18,892 nucleotides of DNA, taken from contig JAWANB010000001.1 in the NCBI GenBank assembly GCA_038895675.1, positions 11,209-30,100 on the forward strand, given 5' to 3'. A model generated the notes under the pieces. That model was not told the origin of the DNA. It ran no database searches and saw only the letters and a program-made list of their open reading frames with translations. The number at the start of each line of letters is the position of its first letter. Within the stretch, counting starts at the first letter, position 1. Of this stretch, positions 15,793-18,892 are shown in pieces. The position numbers were made by a program, and so were the translations under genes. This DNA is from Candidatus Iainarchaeum sp. (GTDB lineage Archaea; Iainarchaeota; Iainarchaeia; Iainarchaeales; Iainarchaeaceae).

Positions 15793-16869
15793 ATGAAGGA
15801 ATTTAAAATATTGGCAGAGTCTGGGAAGGCAAGAGTAGGCTTATTGGAAACTTCACATGGTAAAATAAACACCCCTTTCTTTATGCCTGTTGCTACAAAA
15901 GGTTCTGTTAAACATTTGTCAATGCAAGAACTTGAGAAAATAGGAATAGAATGCCTTATTTCTAACTCTTTTTTGCTTTCACTAAAACCAGGTGTAGAAA
16001 TTATTGAAGAGTTTGGCGGAATTCACAATTTTATATCTTGGCAAAAACCAATTTTTACAGATTCAGGAGGATTTCAAGTATTAAACAATGACTTTGTTTT
16101 TTCTATAGATGATAATGGGGTAAAATTTAAAGACCCGTTTTCTGGGAAAAACACTTTTTTCACTCCTGAACATGCTATAAGTATTCAGAACAAAATAGGT
16201 TCTGATGTTGCAATGTGCCTTGACGACGTGCCTAAAGCAACTGACTCAATTAATAGAGTAGAAGAAGCAGTTGAAAGAACTTTTTTATGGGCAAAAAGAT
16301 GCTTGGACGCTCATTCTAACAAAAAACAATTGATTTTTGGAATATGTCAAGGAGCGACCAACAAAAAACTCAGAGAAAAAAGCGCAAAACAAATTTCTTC
16401 TTTAGATTTTGATGGCTATGCTATTGGCGGTTTAGCGATAGGCGAAACAAAAGAAAAAATGTTTAACGCAGTCAATTACGCTTTACCTTACTTACCAAAA
16501 GAAAAGCCAAGGTATTTAATGGGAATTGGTTCAATTCAAGAACTAAGAAAATCTATTTCGTTAGGAATAGATTGCTTTGACTCTTGCTTTGCCACAAGAA
16601 CTGGCAGGCACGGTAGAGCTTTTACAACAAATGGTAACATAAACATAGGGTCTTCGGTTTTTAAGCATGATAAAAAACCCATAGAAAAAAATTGCACTTG
16701 CCTTGTTTGTAAAAATTACTCAAGAGCTTATATTCATCATTTGTTTAAAACCAAAGAAGAAAACGCTGGCAAATATTTGAGTTATCATAATTTGAGATTC
16801 ATACAATTAGAATTAGAAAAAATTAGAGAAGAAATAATTGCTGGAAAATTTAGCGAGAATAGTCACTAA
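15793..16869 (+). CDS. tgt: tRNA-guanine transglycosylase, bacterial (G34/queuosine) type architecture
   Basis: TPFFMPVAT, TDSGGFQV, CLDD, GICQG, GYAIGGLAIGE, KPRYLMGIG, DCFDS and zinc site CTCLVC...HN; 358 aa with no C-terminal PUA extension. Confidence 0.93.
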   Translation: MKEFKILAESGKARVGLLETSHGKINTPFFMPVATKGSVKHLSMQELEKIGIECLISNSFLLSLKPGVEIIEEFGGIHNFISWQKPIFTDSGGFQVLNNDFVFSIDDNGVKFKDPFSGKNTFFTPEHAISIQNKIGSDVAMCLDDVPKATDSINRVEEAVERTFLWAKRCLDAHSNKKQLIFGICQGATNKKLREKSAKQISSLDFDGYAIGGLAIGETKEKMFNAVNYALPYLPKEKPRYLMGIGSIQELRKSISLGIDCFDSCFATRTGRHGRAFTTNGNINIGSSVFKHDKKPIEKNCTCLVCKNYSRAYIHHLFKTKEENAGKYLSYHNLRFIQLELEKIREEIIAGKFSENSH

Positions 16870-18273
16870 TTATATTTTTTTCAAAAAGTCAATAATTAGT
16901 CTTACCCCAAACCCAGTTGCATCTTTTGGCAAATAATCTTTTGCCTCGTCAATAAATGCCGTGCCAGCTATGTCCAAGTGTATAAAAGGTTTTTTTTCTA
17001 CGAATTGAGACAAAAACGCGCCACCAAAAATAGCACCATTATACCTTGTTTTTCCGAGAGAACGGAAATCAGAACGTTCACCTATAGTCTCATCAATATA
17101 TTCTTCAAACAAAGGTAATTCCCAAACCCTTTCATAAGTATTTAACCCTGATTCAAAGAGCTTTGTTTTAAAATCGTTTGCTTGAGAATTTGCAAACATT
17201 CCTGCACAATGTTGTCCAAAAGTACCTACGACTGAACCTGTTAAAGTAGAAAACTCTAAAACTAAATTCGGATTAAAATTTTTTACACCATAATTTAGTG
17301 CATCAGCAAGAATCAACCTTCCTTCAGCGTCAGTGTCAAGATTTTCAATAGTCTTTCCAGAATAAGACTTTATAATGTCTTTTGGCCTATAAGAATTAGC
17401 GTCTACCAAATTTTCAGTTACAGCCATTATACCAACAATGTTCTTTTTGATTTTTATTTCAGCTGCAGTTTTTAGCAAAGCCATTACAGTAGCTGCCCCA
17501 GCCATATCACTTCGCATTTCAAGCATTGATTCTCTTGGTTTTATATCAAGGCCACCCGAATCAAAGCAAATGCCCTTTCCAACAAAAAGAACCTTATCTT
17601 TTGAAGATTTATTGCCATAATACTCTAAAATTATTAGCCTTGGCGAAGTAGTTGAAGCTTTGCCTACTTCTAAAATGCAATTCATTCCTAATTTTTCAAG
17701 TTCTTTTTTTTTCAAAACACTAATTTTTAGTTTATTGTCTTTTGCTATTTTTTCAGCAGTCTTCTCCAAAAAATCAGGATTTACAATATTACTATTTTCA
17801 TTTACCAAATCTCTAACAAATTTGGCATTTCCACAAACTAGAGCAGAAGTATTCAAAGCATCTTTAAAATTTTCCGCGTTCTTTGGAAAAACTATTTTTT
17901 TTATTCTAAAAAATTTGGTTTCTTCAGACTTGTACTTGTCAAAAGCATAATTTGCTAAACTTGCTCCCTCAAAAAGTAATAAACAATTTCTTTCAGTAAT
18001 ATCTTTCAAATCAAAATACACTGAATCTATTTTATAGTAAGACGCGGCTTTAACGGCTTTTCCAGCGGCTCTTCTGTAATAATCTTCGTTAAATTCTTCC
18101 TTTTTACCCAAACCTATTACCATTATTTTTTTGTCTGGCAACAAAATTGTTTCTAATTTTTTTCCTGTAAAAGAAGCAGGCAAATTTTGTAAAGGCAAAT
18201 TTTCATTTTCCCAAACAAATTCAACTACGAGCATTTCATTAGTTGGGTCTGAAAAAAATATTTTTTCACTCAT
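16870..18273 (-). CDS. pepA: Leucyl aminopeptidase (M17 family)
   Basis: Motifs VGKGICFDSGGLDIK, MRSDMAGAA, TDAEGRLILAD, TLTG and HLDIAG. Confidence 0.95.
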   Translation of the reverse strand: MSEKIFFSDPTNEMLVVEFVWENENLPLQNLPASFTGKKLETILLPDKKIMVIGLGKKEEFNEDYYRRAAGKAVKAASYYKIDSVYFDLKDITERNCLLLFEGASLANYAFDKYKSEETKFFRIKKIVFPKNAENFKDALNTSALVCGNAKFVRDLVNENSNIVNPDFLEKTAEKIAKDNKLKISVLKKKELEKLGMNCILEVGKASTTSPRLIILEYYGNKSSKDKVLFVGKGICFDSGGLDIKPRESMLEMRSDMAGAATVMALLKTAAEIKIKKNIVGIMAVTENLVDANSYRPKDIIKSYSGKTIENLDTDAEGRLILADALNYGVKNFNPNLVLEFSTLTGSVVGTFGQHCAGMFANSQANDFKTKLFESGLNTYERVWELPLFEEYIDETIGERSDFRSLGKTRYNGAIFGGAFLSQFVEKKPFIHLDIAGTAFIDEAKDYLPKDATGFGVRLIIDFLKKI

Positions 18274-18301
18274 ATTAAAGCGAATAATATCACAAAGCTT
18301 T

Positions 18302-18892
18302 TTATTGCTTTCTAAATTTTAGTAAGTTCTCATTCAAATTTTTTATTATGACCTCAAAATTTTCTAATAAGTCTTGATATTCTAACACTGCGGGCAAACC
18401 TTTATCACTTGTCTCTCTAATTCTTTTGTCAAGTAAAATAGTTCCTAAAAAAGGAATTCTATATTTAGAAGCAATTTCTCTTGCAGTACCCTGTCCAAAG
18501 ATTTCACTTGACATATTCTCTACAACTCCTAAAACTCTTACGTTCATTTTTTTAGCCATGTCAAAAGACTTTTCAGCATCAAACAACGCGGCTTTTTGTG
18601 GTTGAGTTACTATTATTAGTCCATCAAGATTGACCAATTGCATTATTGTCAAAGGGTTATCATTAGTTCCTGGCGGCAAGTCTATTATCAAAAAGTCCAA
18701 GTTTTGCCATTCTGTTTTTGAAAGCATGTCAAAAATCAATTTGAACATTATAGGGCCTCGCATTATATTTGCAATAGAATTGCTCTCAACCATGTTGCCT
18801 ACAGAAATTACTTTCAAGCCAAAAGAAGTGGTTAAAGGAATAAACCTTCCAAACTCATTAACTAATACTCTATCATTTATTCCAGACATCAA
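18302..18892 (-). CDS. mrp: Mrp/ApbC/NBP35-family P-loop NTPase, C-terminal part (5'-truncated by the window edge)
   Basis: Motifs GLKVISVG, MRGPI, W-NLDFLIIDLPPGT-D, VTQPQ, GVVENMS, IFGQG and PFLGTI. Confidence 0.88.
   Translation of the reverse strand: MMSGINDRVLVNEFGRFIPLTTSFGLKVISVGNMVESNSIANIMRGPIMFKLIFDMLSKTEWQNLDFLIIDLPPGTNDNPLTIMQLVNLDGLIIVTQPQKAALFDAEKSFDMAKKMNVRVLGVVENMSSEIFGQGTAREIASKYRIPFLGTILLDKRIRETSDKGLPAVLEYQDLLENFEVIIKNLNENLLKFRKQ

Noticed and set aside
16870..18273. PepA as a carAB repressor (as E. coli PepA/CarP), and its DTDAEGRL variant of NTDAEGRL
   Set aside because: The gene is about 13 kb from the carA promoter with no evidence of DNA binding, and the metal ligands appear intact, so it looks like an ordinary M17 peptidase.
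512..18322. Short antisense or nested ORFs in the ORF track (e.g. 512-751, 2857-3093, 4843-5130, 7030-7482, 17660-17950)
   Set aside because: They lie on the opposite strand of well-supported genes, with the F/S/L-rich composition expected from antisense reading of A-rich codons.
1..18892. Alternative genetic code (TGA recoded, as in some AT-rich reduced bacteria)
   Set aside because: TGA ends nrdJ, apbE, carA and pgl at their expected C-termini, and the tRNA-Trp anticodon is CCA.

Overview
AT-rich, very compact, mostly housekeeping and metabolic window. It is most likely from an archaeon, plausibly a DPANN-type lineage. This is an inference from an archaeal-type tRNA-Trp with no encoded CCA, a RibL-like FAD synthase, BRE/TATA boxes 21 nt before apparently leaderless start codons, GGTGA-type Shine-Dalgarno (SD) motifs and TGA used as stop. 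Gene order: 3' part of class II ribonucleotide reductase nrdJ (+); apbE flavin transferase and an FMN-binding lipoprotein (-); an unannotated 29-codon uORF, then carA-carB (+); Kef-type antiporter and RibL-like gene (-); bacterial-type pgl-zwf-gnd (+); tRNA-Trp abutting ogt (+); histidine phosphatase, transaldolase and nth (-); bacterial-type tgt (+); pepA and a partial Mrp/NBP35 (-). No mobile elements, CRISPR arrays or rRNA were seen. The most interesting signals are a U/Phe-rich leader ORF coupled to carA (candidate attenuator), an ApbE plus FMN-lipoprotein flavinylation module, a bacterial-type TGT with a mixed substrate pocket, a tRNA whose 3' processing would create the ogt mRNA 5' end, an Mrp lacking its CxxC motif, and a palindromic divergent promoter. 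All product calls come from motif recognition only; no searches were run.
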